Assembly: GCA_002269645.1 (NCBI GenBank)
Contig: NIVC01000667.1
Location: 310,001 to 374,000 of the forward strand
Reading direction: 5' to 3'
Length of the DNA stretch: 64,000 bases
Source of the DNA: Macrostomum lignano
Lineage: Eukaryota
The notes below the pieces were generated by a model. That model saw only the letters and a program-made list of their open reading frames with translations, did no database searches and was not told the DNA's origin. This document shows positions 38,815-54,700 of this stretch, one piece after another. How positions within the stretch are numbered: the first letter of the stretch is position 1; each line of letters begins with the position of its first letter. Position numbers and translations under genes: made by a program.

Positions 38815-40320
38815 AGTATCCTCAGCCAGTCCACACCCTACCCGCACCACCAGCCTGGCAGTCGGCCTGTCCATCGCAGCACTGGACCTGTCGATGCGGT
38901 CGGCTTGGAGCCGCCTGCCCGAGCTGGGTCTTCACGTGTGGCTGCCGCTGATCCTGTGGCTGCTGGCCTTGGGGCCCGTTAATGAGATTGTCAAGCACAG
39001 GCAGATGCGGTGAGTTGGCTATAAAATACTGCTTTTAGAGTCCCACACTCAGCAGAATTCCACACTCAGTAGAATCCCACACTCAGCAGAATCCCACACT
39101 CGGCAAAATCCCACACTCTGTAGAATCCCACACTCAGTAGAATCCCACATTCGGTAGAATCCCACACTCAGCAGAATCCCACACTCAGCAGAATCCCACA
39201 TTCGGCAGAATCCCACACTCAGCAGAATCCCACATTCGGCAGAATCCCACACTCAGCAGAATCCCACACTCAGCAGAATCCCACACTCAGCAGAATCCCA
39301 CACTCAGCGGAATCCCACACTCAGTAAAATCCCACACTCAGCAGAATCCCACACTCAGCAGAATCCCACACTCAGCAGAATCCCACACTCAGTAGAATCC
39401 CACACTCAGCAGAATCCCACACTCGGCAGAATCCCACACTCAGTAGAATCCCACACTCAGCAGAATCCCACACTCGGCAGAATCCCACACTCAGTAGAAT
39501 CCCACACTCAGCAGAATCCCACACTCGGTAGAATCCCACACTCAGCGGAATCCCACACTCAGTAAAATCCCACACTCAGCAGAATCCCACACTCAGCAGA
39601 ATCCCACACTCAGCAGAATCCCACACTCGGCAGAATCCCACACTCAGTAGAATCCCACACTCAGCGGAATCCCACACTCGGCAGAATCCCACACTCAGCG
39701 GAATCCCACACTCGGCAGAATCCCACACTCAGTAGAATCCCACACTCAGCAGAATCCCACACTCAGCAGAATCCCACACTCGGTAGAATCCCACACTCAG
39801 TAGAATGCCACACTCAGTAGAATCCCACACTCAGCAGAATCCCACACTCAGCAGAATCCCACACTCGGTAGAATCCCACACTCAGTAGAATCCCACACTC
39901 AGCAGAATCCCACACTCGGTAGAATCCCACACTCAGTAGAATCCCACACTCAGCAGAATCCCACACTCGGTAGAATCCCACACTCAGTAGAATCCCACAC
40001 TCAGTAGAATCCCACACTCAGTAGAATCCCACACTCAGTAGAATCCCACACTCAGCAGAATCCCACACTCAGTAGAATCCCACACTCAGCAGAATCCCAC
40101 ACTCGGTAGAATCCCACACTCAGTAGAATCCCACACTCAGTAGAATCCCACACTCAGCAGAATCCCACACTCAGTAGAATCCCACACTCAGCAGAATCCC
40201 ACACTCAGCAGAATCCCTCTGATGATAATGAACGCACCGCACCGCAGGATCAAGAGCAAGGAGGACAGAGCGGCGAGGCTGCACTTTGACACCAAGCTCG
40301 GCATGTACTCGCCTGTGTAG
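24826..40320 (+). CDS. TMEM94: Transmembrane protein 94 (P-type-ATPase-like ER Mg2+ transporter, ERMA), about 1410-1430 aa
   Basis: Exons 24826-25058, 26018-26163, (27241 or 27292)-27806, 28416-28790, 29377-29844, 31046-31252, 32925-33470, 34325-34861, 35719-36140, 38031-38567, 38830-39009, 40248-40320; phases are consistent throughout. Motifs [23 protein letters not shown]|[59 protein letters not shown]. Confidence 0.95.
25072..25920. repeat. 20-bp minisatellite (CTATCTACCTGTCTACCGCT), TMEM94 intron 1
   Basis: Direct reading. Confidence 0.96.
26205..27248. repeat. 30/21-bp minisatellite (GAGGGATCTGAGGGGATTAGAATCACTCCT), TMEM94 intron 2
   Basis: Direct reading. Confidence 0.96.
27890..28330. 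repeat. Old degenerate GTACTTT/AAAGTACTTT repeat, TMEM94 intron 3
   Basis: Recurrent GTACTTT roughly every 20-25 bp. Confidence 0.7.
28799..29358. repeat. 21-bp minisatellite (TTGACTGCTCATAGTGACAAT), TMEM94 intron 4
   Basis: Starts 8 nt after the donor and ends about 18 nt before the acceptor. Confidence 0.96.
29895..30850. repeat. Compound (GATT)n microsatellite with higher-order blocks, TMEM94 intron 5
   Basis: Direct reading. Confidence 0.96.
31310..32820. repeat. 21-bp minisatellite (GGTAGGGTTTATGGTAGGTTT), TMEM94 intron 6
   Basis: Direct reading. Confidence 0.96.
33530..34290. repeat. 21-bp grading to 15-bp minisatellite (GGGTCAATGGGATC[AGTGT]CT), TMEM94 intron 7
   Basis: Direct reading. 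Confidence 0.95.
34900..35660. repeat. 20-bp minisatellite (GGTCAAGTAGGTCAAAATTG), TMEM94 intron 8
   Basis: Direct reading; decays toward the right. Confidence 0.95.
36145..37835. repeat. 20-bp minisatellite (GGGTGTCT[A/G]GTAGGGTGTTT), TMEM94 intron 9
   Basis: About 85 units. Confidence 0.97.
38584..38814. repeat. (GTCT)n microsatellite, TMEM94 intron 10
   Basis: Fills about 230 of 262 intron bases. Confidence 0.97.
39040..40216. repeat. 17-bp minisatellite (AGAATCCCACACTCAG[C/T]), TMEM94 intron 11
   Basis: About 69 units. Confidence 0.97.
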
Positions 40321-40997
40321 CGCCTGTTCAACCATTAGAATTCATAGTATAATTAATTTATTATTTAACTGATTTATTGATTGACACTCTATGCTAATTT
40401 GAAAGAAATTGCGTTTAGATAAATTTATTATAATTATTTGTCTATTGCTACTTTGAAATCGCAATTCCGCCTTTGTGTGAGTCTGTAAATTTGTGTCTTG
40501 TTAGTCTTTGTTTGTAATCACTTCAGTACTTTTAATCAAAAATCACGTGATTTTTTAATAACAAAAAATATAAATATTTTTAAATTCTATTTTATACATG
40601 TATGATCAATAAATTTGAAATTTTACAGCCTTTTTCGTTTTTTATTAGCAATATTCAGCTAGCGCTACTGTCAGTAGACACACTGTGCATGGTGTAAAAC
40701 TGGATTGAAATCCGATTATTGATCTATATTCTGTTTAGCCAACAAGCAGAAGGTTATATTGTTTTTTACAAACGAGGCACAAGCGGTAGATTCAAAGCAA
40801 TAAGTTTGAAAATTAAGTACATTTTTAGCGAGTTGTTTATGCATTCGTGCATGTACATGTTCCTGCTAAAGAGTGGTCAAGAAATACAAAACAACTTCAT
40901 AAAAACAGTTAAAATTTTCAAGCAAGTCGAGTTCTTTTGTGGATCTCCTTCCGACTTGAAAACAGAGTGTTCGAAACTCTAAAGAAATCGAGGGTTA

Positions 40998-42875
40998 GAT
41001 AGAGGGATATAGGGTCATAGGCATTCGATAGAGGGATATAGGGTCATAGGCATTCGATAGAGGGATATAGGGTCATAGGCATTCGATAGAGGGATATAGG
41101 GTCATAGGCATTCGATAGAGGGATATAGGGTCATAGGCATTCGATAGAGGGATATAGGGTCATAGGCATTCGATAGAGGGATATAGGGTCATAGGCATTC
41201 GATAGAGGGATATAGGGTCATAGGCATTCGATAGAGGGATATAGGGTCATAGGCATTCGATAGAGGGATATAGGGTCATAGGCATTCGATAGAGGGATAT
41301 AGAATCATATAGGCATTCGATAGAGGGATATAGGGTCATAGGCATTCGATAGAGGGATATAGGGTCATAGGCATTCGATAGAGGGATATAGAATCATATA
41401 GGCATTCGATAGAGGGATATAGGGTCATAGGCATTCGATAGAGGGATATAGGGTCATAGGCATTCGATAGAGGGATATAGGGTCATAGGCATTCGATAGA
41501 GGGATATAGGGTCATAGGCATTCGATAGAGGGATATAGGGTCATAGGCATTCGATAGAGGGATATAGAATCATAGGCATTCGATAGAGGGATATAGAGTC
41601 ATAGGCATTCGATAGAGGGATATAGGGTCATAGGCATTCGATAGAGGGATATAGGGTCATAGGCATTCGATAGAGGGATATAGAGTCATAGGCATTCGAT
41701 AGAGGGATATAGGGTCATAGGCATTTGATAGAGGGATATAGGGTCATAGGCATTCGATAGAGGGATATAGGGTCATAGGCATTCGATAGAGGGATATAGG
41801 GTCATAGGCATTCGATAGAGGGATATAGGGTCATAGGCATTCGATAGAGGGATATAGAATCATATAGGCATTCGATAGAGGGATATAGGGTCATAGGCAT
41901 TCGATAGAGGGCTATAGGGTCATAGGCATTTGATAGAGGGATATAGGGTCATAGGCATTCGATAGAGGGATATAGAATCATATAGGCATTCGATAGAGGG
42001 ATATAGGGTCATAGGCATTCGATAGAGGGATATAGGGTCATAGGCATTCGATAGAGGAATATAGGGTCATAGGCATTCGATAGAGGGATATAGGGTCATA
42101 GGCATTCGATAGAGGGATATAGGGTCATAGGCATTCGATAGAGGGATATAGGGTCATAGGCATTCGATAGAGGGATATAGGGTCATAGGCACTCGATAGA
42201 GGGATATAGGCAACGGATAGAAAGATATAGGCAACGGATAGAGGGGATATAGGCAACGGATAGAGTGATATAGGCAACGGATAGAGGGATATAGGCAGCA
42301 AATACGAGCGTAGAGGGATATAGGGAACGAATAGAGTGATATGGATATCGAATAAAGAAATATAGGCAACGGATAGACTCTGTCTATAGGCAACAAATAT
42401 AGGGATTTAGGCAACAAATAGAGGGATATAGGCAACAAATAGAGGGATACAGGCAACGGATAGGGGGATAGAGACATGGGATAGAGGAATATAGGCAACA
42501 AATAGAGGGATACAGGCAACGGATAGGGGGATAGAGGAATATAGGCAACAAACAGTGGATGCAGGCAACGGATAGGGGGATAGAGACATGGGATAGAGGA
42601 ATATAGGCAACAAATAGAGGGATACAGGCAACGGATAGGGGGATAGAGGAATATAGGCAACAAACAGTGGGATGCAGGCAACGGATAGGGGGATAGAGAC
42701 ATGGGATAGAGGAATATAGGCAACAAATAGAGGGATACAGGCAACGGATAGGGGGATAGAGACATCGGATAGAGGAATATAGGCAACAAATAGAGGGATA
42801 CAGGCAACGGATAGGGGGATAGAGACATCGGATAGAGGGATATAGGCAACGGATAGGGGGATAGAGACATGGGAT
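40998..42875. repeat. 29-bp minisatellite (GATAGAGGGATATAGGGTCATAGGCATTC) grading into a related about 21-bp repeat (ATAGAGGGATATAGGCAACGG)
   Basis: The switch occurs near 42200; lies between the 3' ends of the convergent TMEM94 and GT31-like genes. Confidence 0.96.
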
Positions 42876-42915
42876 AGTGGGAACGCGCAGAGGGGCAGTG
42901 CAGAGTCGCGGAGAC

Positions 42916-45277
42916 TCATTCTGAGTGGCAGAACAGCCTTGACGCTCCCGCGGCCCAGCTGTCAAACTGTGATGGCGTGAGGAAATTCCTCAACTCAGTC
43001 CAGCTGGTCTCTGATCCTCTGACTCGCCTGACCAACGCGTCAGCCATTGTCCTGTGCAATAGCAGGCAGCTTGAAGGCTGCGAATGCGGCTCTTCTGCGA
43101 AGTTTGTCCCATTGCTGCTGCTGGTACTGTTGCCTCTCCGCAAAAGTCCAGCAGTCCCCGGATGTTTTTGCCTTGCAAGACCTGAAATTGTGTTTTATTC
43201 ATTGTCTTCAAGTTCTTGCAGCTCTGCCAAGCCAATGACAAGCTACTGTCTTTGGGACACTGTCTTGGGCATTGCCTTAACAGAACTTTGGGGCACCTGT
43301 CTTAACGACAGGGGCATTGTCTTAGGGGCACCTGTCTTAGGGGCAATGTCTTTGGGCACCTGTCTTAGGGGCACTGTCTTTGGGGCACCTGTCTTAGGGG
43401 CACTGTCTTAGGGGCACTGTCTTTGGGGCACCTGTCTTAGGGGCACCTGTCTTAGGGACACTGTCTTTGGGGCACCTGTCTTAGGGGCACCTGTCTTAGG
43501 GGCACTGTCTTTGGGCACCTGTCTTAGGGGCACCTGTCTTAGGGACACTGTCTTTGGGGCACTGTCTTAGGGGCACCTGTCTTAGGGGCACTGTCTTCGG
43601 GCACCTGTCTTAGGGGCAACTGTCTTAGGGGCACCTGTCTTTGGGGCACTGTCTTTGGGGCACTGTCTTAGGGGCACCTGTCTTTGGGGCACTGTCTTAG
43701 GGGCACCTGTCTTTGGGGCACTGTCTTAGGGGCAACTGTCTTTGGGGGGGGGGGGTTTCACAAACTCGAAATTTCACAACGTCGAAAGCACCTTCTTTCA
43801 CAAGGTCGAAATTTCATAACATCGAAAACTCAAATAGCAGCCACTTTCACAAGGTCGAAACTTCACAAGGTCGAAATTTCACAACATCGAAAACTTTAGC
43901 AAAGGACTTCATAAGGTCGAAACTTCACAAGGTCGAAATTTCATAACATCGAAAGTTTTAGCAAGAGACTTCACAAGGTCGAAACTTCAAAAGGTCGAAA
44001 TTTCACAACGTAGAAAACTACTGTATGGTTCTTGATATATAAAATTTTCGACTTTGTGAAATTTCGAGCTTATGAAGTTTCGACCTTGTGAAAGTGGCTG
44101 CACTTGAGTTTTCGATGTTATGAAATTTCGACCTTGTGAAGTTTCGACCTTGTGAAAGTGGCTGCTATTTGAGTTTTCGATGTTTTGAAATTTCGACCTT
44201 ATGAAGTCTCTTGCTAAAGTTTTCGATGTTGTGAAATTTCGACCTTGTGAAGTTTCGACCTTGTGAAATAATTTACTTTTCGACGTTGTGAAATTTCGAC
44301 CTTGTGAAAGCACCCCCTTTGGGGCACTGTCTTTGGGGCACTGTCTTAGGGGCACCTGTCTTTGGGGCACTGTCTTAGGGGCAACTGTCTTTGGGGCACT
44401 GTCTTTGGGCACCTGTCTTAGGGGCACTGTCTTTGGGCACCTGTCTTAGGGGCACTGTCTTTGGGCACCTGTCTTAGGGGCACTGTCTTTGGGCACCTGT
44501 CTTAGGGGCACTGTCTTGGGCAGGGGTACTGTCCCAGGGGAACTGTATTTGGTGCTGATTTTGGAGAGGGGCACGCATATCTGCATGCGCTGGAATCGCC
44601 ACTGAAAAGCCAGCAATGCGGCTCTGCAACACCCAACAGCTGTGACTGACTGCCAGCTGACCTTGCCGACGGACACTGGCAGCAGTGACATTGTGCCTCT
44701 CAGCCAGAGCAGCGCCCACACCGCCTCCGGCAGTGTGCAGAGCCACCAGCCGGACATTCAGCGCGGGCCAGTCTCCCACAAACAGCAGGTAGGGTGTCCT
44801 CGGACAGCGCTCCAGGTACCAGGCGGTGGCCCATCTCAGCATGGCCGCGTCAGTTTGCCACTCCAATGCAGCGTTGAGCATCAAATCCTGCCGTCTGTGG
44901 AACTCCTCAACTACCAGGTCTCTGGGGGCCGAAGCGGCGTAGCGCACGAAGAACACGAGCTGCGCGGCGCCGCTCTGCAGGCGCCACTTTCTGCGCCACA
45001 GACGGCGCAGTTGATCCCGGCCTGCCAGATCCGCCTGCGACGAGGCGACCGCAACCAGCAGGTTCGGGGCGGCTTGAAAACATTCGCCCCAGGACTCCAG
45101 CCGGAGCGACGGGTGCAGCCGCCGCTGGCGCTCCGCCGTCAACTCGTCGACCGACGTGGCGCCCCGACTGTTAGTGTCGAATAGCAGGAAGTGAAATACC
45201 GGATAGCACAGGCCGAGGATGGCCAGAAATGCGATGCAGGATAGCAGGCTCCGGTTTTTGAGTTGCATTTTTTGCAT
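42916..45277 (-). CDS. Divergent GT31-like (beta-1,3-galactosyltransferase-type) type II membrane protein
   Basis: Exon 1 from 45277: TM anchor, LLVAVASS..DLAGRDQLRRLW, LVFFV, EEF...DL, MLRWATAWYLERCPRTPYLLF. Phase-1 donor at 44661 or 44529; last exon 43181-42916 (TTTCAG acceptor). The junction is uncertain. Confidence 0.62.
43245..44520. repeat. 14/15-bp minisatellite (CTGTCTTAGGGGCA[C]) in the GT31-like intron
   Basis: Direct reading; split by a foldback element. Confidence 0.95.
43748..44316. mobile_element. Foldback-type non-autonomous DNA element (G-run...C-run ends) inserted in a minisatellite
   Basis: Arms of inverted 16-bp TTTCACAAGGTCGAAA units; flanks CTTTGGGG (43740-43747, 44317-44324) fit an 8-bp TSD, although a 3-bp TTT TSD cannot be excluded. 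Confidence 0.82.
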
Positions 45278-45484
45278 GTGAATTCGTTGGGACGTTCTGC
45301 AGTTGATGCTCTCGTTCGACTGACTCGCATCAGGTGCTGTAGAGTGGGGAAAAGCGTATCGATTGGCTTAGTTTGGCTTAAGTGGCACTTCGACCATAGA
45401 CTATCATATGGCGTTTGAGAAGTACATGATCGCATGATTGATTTCAAGGATTGATCAGCCTTTGCAAAATCAGGAACTCACTCT

Positions 45485-46110
45485 CTAGATACCTTTAGCC
45501 CCTGTAGATACCTTTAGCCCCTTTAGATACCTTTAGCCCCTGTAGATACCTTTAGCCCCTGTAGATACCTTTAGCCCCTGTAGATACCTTTAGCCCCTGT
45601 AGATACCTTTAGCCCCTTTAGATACCTTTAGCCCCTGTAGATACCTTTAGCATTTTGTAGATACCTCTAGCACACTGTAGATACCTCTAGCACCCTGTAG
45701 ATATCTCTAGCACCCTGTAGATATCTCTAGCACCCTGTAGATACCTCTAGCACCCTGTAAATACCTCTAGCACCCTGCAGATACCTCTAGCACCCTGTAA
45801 ATACCTCTAGCACCCTGTAGATATCTTTAGCACCCTGTAGATATCTCTAGCACCCTGTAAATACCTCTAGCACCCTGTAGATATCTCTAGCACTCTGTAG
45901 ATATCTCTAGCACTCTGTAGATATCTCTAGCACTCTGTAGATACCTCTAGCACCCTGTAGATATCTCTAGCACCCTGCAGATACCTCTAGCATCCTGTAG
46001 ATACCTCTAGCACCCTGTAGATATCTCTAGCACCCTGTAGACACCTCTAGCACCATGTAGACACCTCTAGCACCCTGCAGATACCTCTTGCACCTCTTCA
46101 GACACCTGCA
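45485..46110. repeat. 20-bp minisatellite (CTGTAGATACCT[T/C]TAGC[C/A]CC)
   Basis: Direct reading; the variant type changes from left to right. Confidence 0.95.
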
Positions 46111-46974
46111 GCTTTAGGTAAACCTCTTGTATTTCTGAGCTCAAGCAAAACGCAGTACACCTGAATAACTAACTTTAAAGTTATTCAATTTGAACAAAGT
46201 TAAATTCAAAGCTTACCAAACGTCAAGATGCCAAAAATGGTTTATATAAAACACTATGATCGAATTGCACTTAACATTGCTATAAACTAGCAGGCTGTTT
46301 TGCACAGTTAAGTAACAAAATTGACTTAGCCAGCTCTACAAACGGTAGTGCGGCTGTCGCAATTTCAAGGCCTCTCAGTTCATGCTCATTATTTAACACA
46401 GTTGCAGTCAAGCGCTCTCTGTACACACTGAGTTTCCCAGTGCATTCGTGTGTCTGTGTACATGCTCAGAGTTTCTACATACTGCCTCAGTTGTTTCTCT
46501 TACCCTTGCTAACTAAGGTTTCTACAGTTTAGCTAGGCAATACCTGCATATTCCTGCTTGGAGCTCTGTCTCATCTCTCTCCCAGGCCCTACCTAGAGTT
46601 AGTTGATTGTACATTTTGTCAGCATGTTTTGCTACAGACAGGCTGCCTCTCCAACTCTGCTCTGTCTGTACTGTACTGTCTTCTGAATCCACTGTAATGG
46701 CACTCACGCTATATGATGAGGTTCTCATACTCATAAATATGGCTATGGCAGACTGTTGAGACCTATTTTAGTAGGAAATTTCATTAGGAATAGCCATGCA
46801 GCCAGACGGAGCTTCTGGGCCTTCGACAGGTGGCACCTGGTTACACCCTATGGACACCCTATTGCTAATCTCTCTGATGTCTCTGAGCAAGCCTCGACAG
46901 TGGGCAAGCCTCAACTGCTAGACATCCTCAGCTCAGGCATTCAGTCATCACCCCGACACGGTCGGCACCTCTAA

Positions 46975-47648
46975 CAGATGTAGCTGGCGCACACTCTGTA
47001 GCTGGCGCCCCCTCTGTTGCTGACACCCCCTCTGTAGCTGGCGCACACTCTGTAGCTGGCGCCCCCTCGTAGCTGACACCCTCTCTGTAGCTGGCGCACA
47101 CTCTGTAGCTGGCGCCCCCTCTGTAGCTGACACCCCCTCTGTAGCTGACACCCCCTCTGTAGCTGGCGCCCCTCTGTAGCTGACACCCCCTCTGTAGCTG
47201 GCGCCCCTCTGTAGCTGGCGCCCCCTCTGTAGCTGACACCCCCTCTGTAGCTGGCGCACACTCTGTAGCTGGCGCCCCCTCTGTAGCTGACACCCCCTCT
47301 GTAGCTGGCACCCCCTCTGTAGCTGGCGCCCCTCTGTAGCTGGCGCCCCTCTGTAGCTGGCGCCCCTCTGTAGCTGGCGCCCCTCTGTAGCTGGCGCCCC
47401 CTCTGTAGCTGACACCCCCTCTGTAGCTGGCGCACACTCTGTAGCTGGCGCCCCCTCTGTAGCTGACACCCCCTCTGTAGCTGGCACCCCCTCTGTAGCT
47501 GACACCCCCTCTGTAGCTGGCGCCCCTCTGTAGCTGGCGCCCCTCTGTAGCTGGCGCCCCTCTGTAGCTGGCGCCCCCTCTGTAGCTGGCGCCCCTCTGT
47601 AGCTGGCGCCCCTCTGTAGCTGGCGCCCCTCTGTAGCTGGCGCCCCCA
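46975..47648. repeat. 17-19-bp GC-rich minisatellite (CTGTAGCTGGCGCCCCT)
   Basis: Direct reading. Confidence 0.95.
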
Positions 47649-48234
47649 CAGAATCAAGTGTCAATCAGTGAGTACTTAAGTAGATGAATTATCTGTAAGT
47701 GAAGAGAATAACCAAATTTTAAAAAATCAACTATTATATTAATATTTACATTTTTCAGACCGAGCAAACAGTTATTCGACAATTTTATTTAAGATTTTTA
47801 CCATTGCGCTATTTAAATCAGTCAAGATATGCAAAAACAAAATTTGTTTATTATTTTTTGAAAGAAAATTTCACTACTGTGATGAAGTAACTAAAAATCT
47901 TTCTCAGCCACATTATCGCAGTCAAGTGGAGCAACAATGCGTTTTGTAACAAAACTTTTTTGAAAGATGATTGGTCAAATTAAACCAATTAAACACTGAA
48001 AATCGAAAACAACAAAAAAATACATGTACGAGCTAGATACATGAAAGCAATTAAATGTAAATTTTCATGATAAAAAGTGGCAGAACATATAGTGAATGTT
48101 CTTTATAAACTGGGGTCCTTAGTCAATTAGAAATTAACTTCTCAATAACGACATTGGAAAATACATATATACATAGTCTAAAAGTCACGTGATCCATTAG
48201 AGCTTTACAACTACATCAAATACTTCTGATTCTG

Positions 48235-48550
48235 GAGCAATAAAACCGAGCGCTCAGCCAATCAGAGACAAGAAGATATTGTCAGGGAGTGAGGTAGGTG
48301 GAGCGATAAAACCGAGCGCTCAGCCAATCAGAGACAAGAAGATATTGTCAGGGAGCGAGGTGGGTGGAGCGATAAAATCGAGCGCTCAGCTAGAGACAAG
48401 AAGATATTGTCAGAGAGCGAGGTGGGTGGAGCAATAAAGCCGAGCGCTCAGCCAATCAGAGATAGGAAGATATTGTCGGGGAGTGAGGTTGGTAGAGCAA
48501 TAAAGCCGAGCGCTCAGCCAATCAGAGATCAGACATTGTCAGGGAGTGAG
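48235..48550. repeat. 66-bp repeat, about 5 copies, containing CAGCCAATCAGAG, just past the CNNM-family stop
   Basis: Period 48235 to 48301; the third copy is deleted across the CCAAT. Confidence 0.9.
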
Positions 48551-48579
48551 GTTCGACCTAGAGTGCGGGTTAATTCGCC

Positions 48580-53338
<4,759 letters not shown>

Positions 53339-54366
53339 CCAGAGTAAGATAGATTGGAACTGTATCAGAACGAGCGCTTTTTGCTGTTAACAGCTGATTT
53401 GTTTCTCCAGAGTTTCGCTGAATAACTTTCTGAATATATATGAGAGCTTGCAACTCGCCTTCGAGCCCAATTTGGCTTTTGGGGAAGGGAAGGGGGGTTC
53501 AGTTTGAAACTGAATGTACATTCACTCCCTCTCGGCCTGGGGGGGTCTCGCTCACCACCCCTTATCGCTGCAAGCCCAATCAATGTACACAAAGAGAAAA
53601 CTACACGGGTCGCCCCCGCTATAACTGCGTCTCTCAATGTACATACGAACTACGACCAGGCCACAATGTACATTCGGGTGCGTCTACGTCTGAAAAGCGT
53701 CACCACATTCAACTCTGGCTCGCGAGAGAAGCTGGCCTGTAAAACTAAACAAAAGGCCACTCACTGACTCAAGCCAACACCACAGACACAGAAGAATCAA
53801 GTCAGACTCATTTGAACTAATTTTTGCGTAGTGGCCACAACTGAAAATTGGGTTACAGCATGCGGTATATTATTGTATATACAAAAGTAGCAACAGGTTT
53901 ATCTCAATTCCGTTTGACTGTTGTGTAATACAAACTAGTATTACGAGTGTTATATTATGCAACGGCTTAAATCTTTGGTAGAATTATTAAAAGGTGTTGT
54001 TTATCTTTGTCAAGAATTTGAATAACTACACCTACACCACATGTTACCTGTGTCCAATCGAGCGCAAGCACTGAACTGGATTAACTAAAAATATCAATTC
54101 CGTTTATCAAAATAAGATACGCGTTGAACACTGCATTAAAATTTTTGGTAGAAATTCTCACTGAATTATAAGATGTAAACATTTGCACATATACAGCACA
54201 AGCACAACCGATAAAAATATAGTCTTTTACGAGCAATCAGGAATTCATAATTTCCTTATTGTATTGTGCGTGTATATAAAATGTTTTAATTTATACACGC
54301 CGCTTTCCGATTAATAAGTCGAAAGATTTTAAGCGATTCTCGTTCGAACTTCGGAAATTTAAAGGT

Positions 54367-54545
54367 TGTGACCAAGTCTGACACCTGTGATTCGAGATTC
54401 GTGACCAAGTCTGACACCTGTGATTCAAGATTCGTGACCAAGTCTGACACCTGTGATTCGAGATTCGTGACCAAGTCTGACACCTGTGATTCGAGATTCG
54501 TGACCAATTCTGACACCTGTGATTCGAGATTCGTGACCAAGCTTG
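54367..54545. repeat. 33-bp repeat, about 5 copies, between the rhomboid and CNNM genes
   Basis: GTGACCAAGTCTGACACCTGTGATTCGAGATTC. Confidence 0.93.
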
Positions 54546-54700
54546 AGCACCCAGCTTTTGATCGTACTTGACGGTCTCCAAATCCCTGACTCAAATCCCT
54601 CTAGCACATGTTGCTATTCATATAAAATACTGTGCATAGTGGACGCGTGTGCGACATTTCCCTGAATGTGAGAAATCCAGTCAAAGCTTCCCACCTAATG

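Noticed and set aside
31288-38874. Repeat ORFs such as (PTKPTIN)n, (DPDTDPI)n, (QTPYQTP)n and (TDRQ)n
   Set aside because: All map to intronic arrays of TMEM94.
46522-46974. Short ORFs between two arrays
   Set aside because: No homology recognised and no splice-compatible partner; may be UTR.
53365-53767. Three short ORFs upstream of the CNNM-family gene
   Set aside because: No motifs; the CNNM start is explained by ATG 53338.
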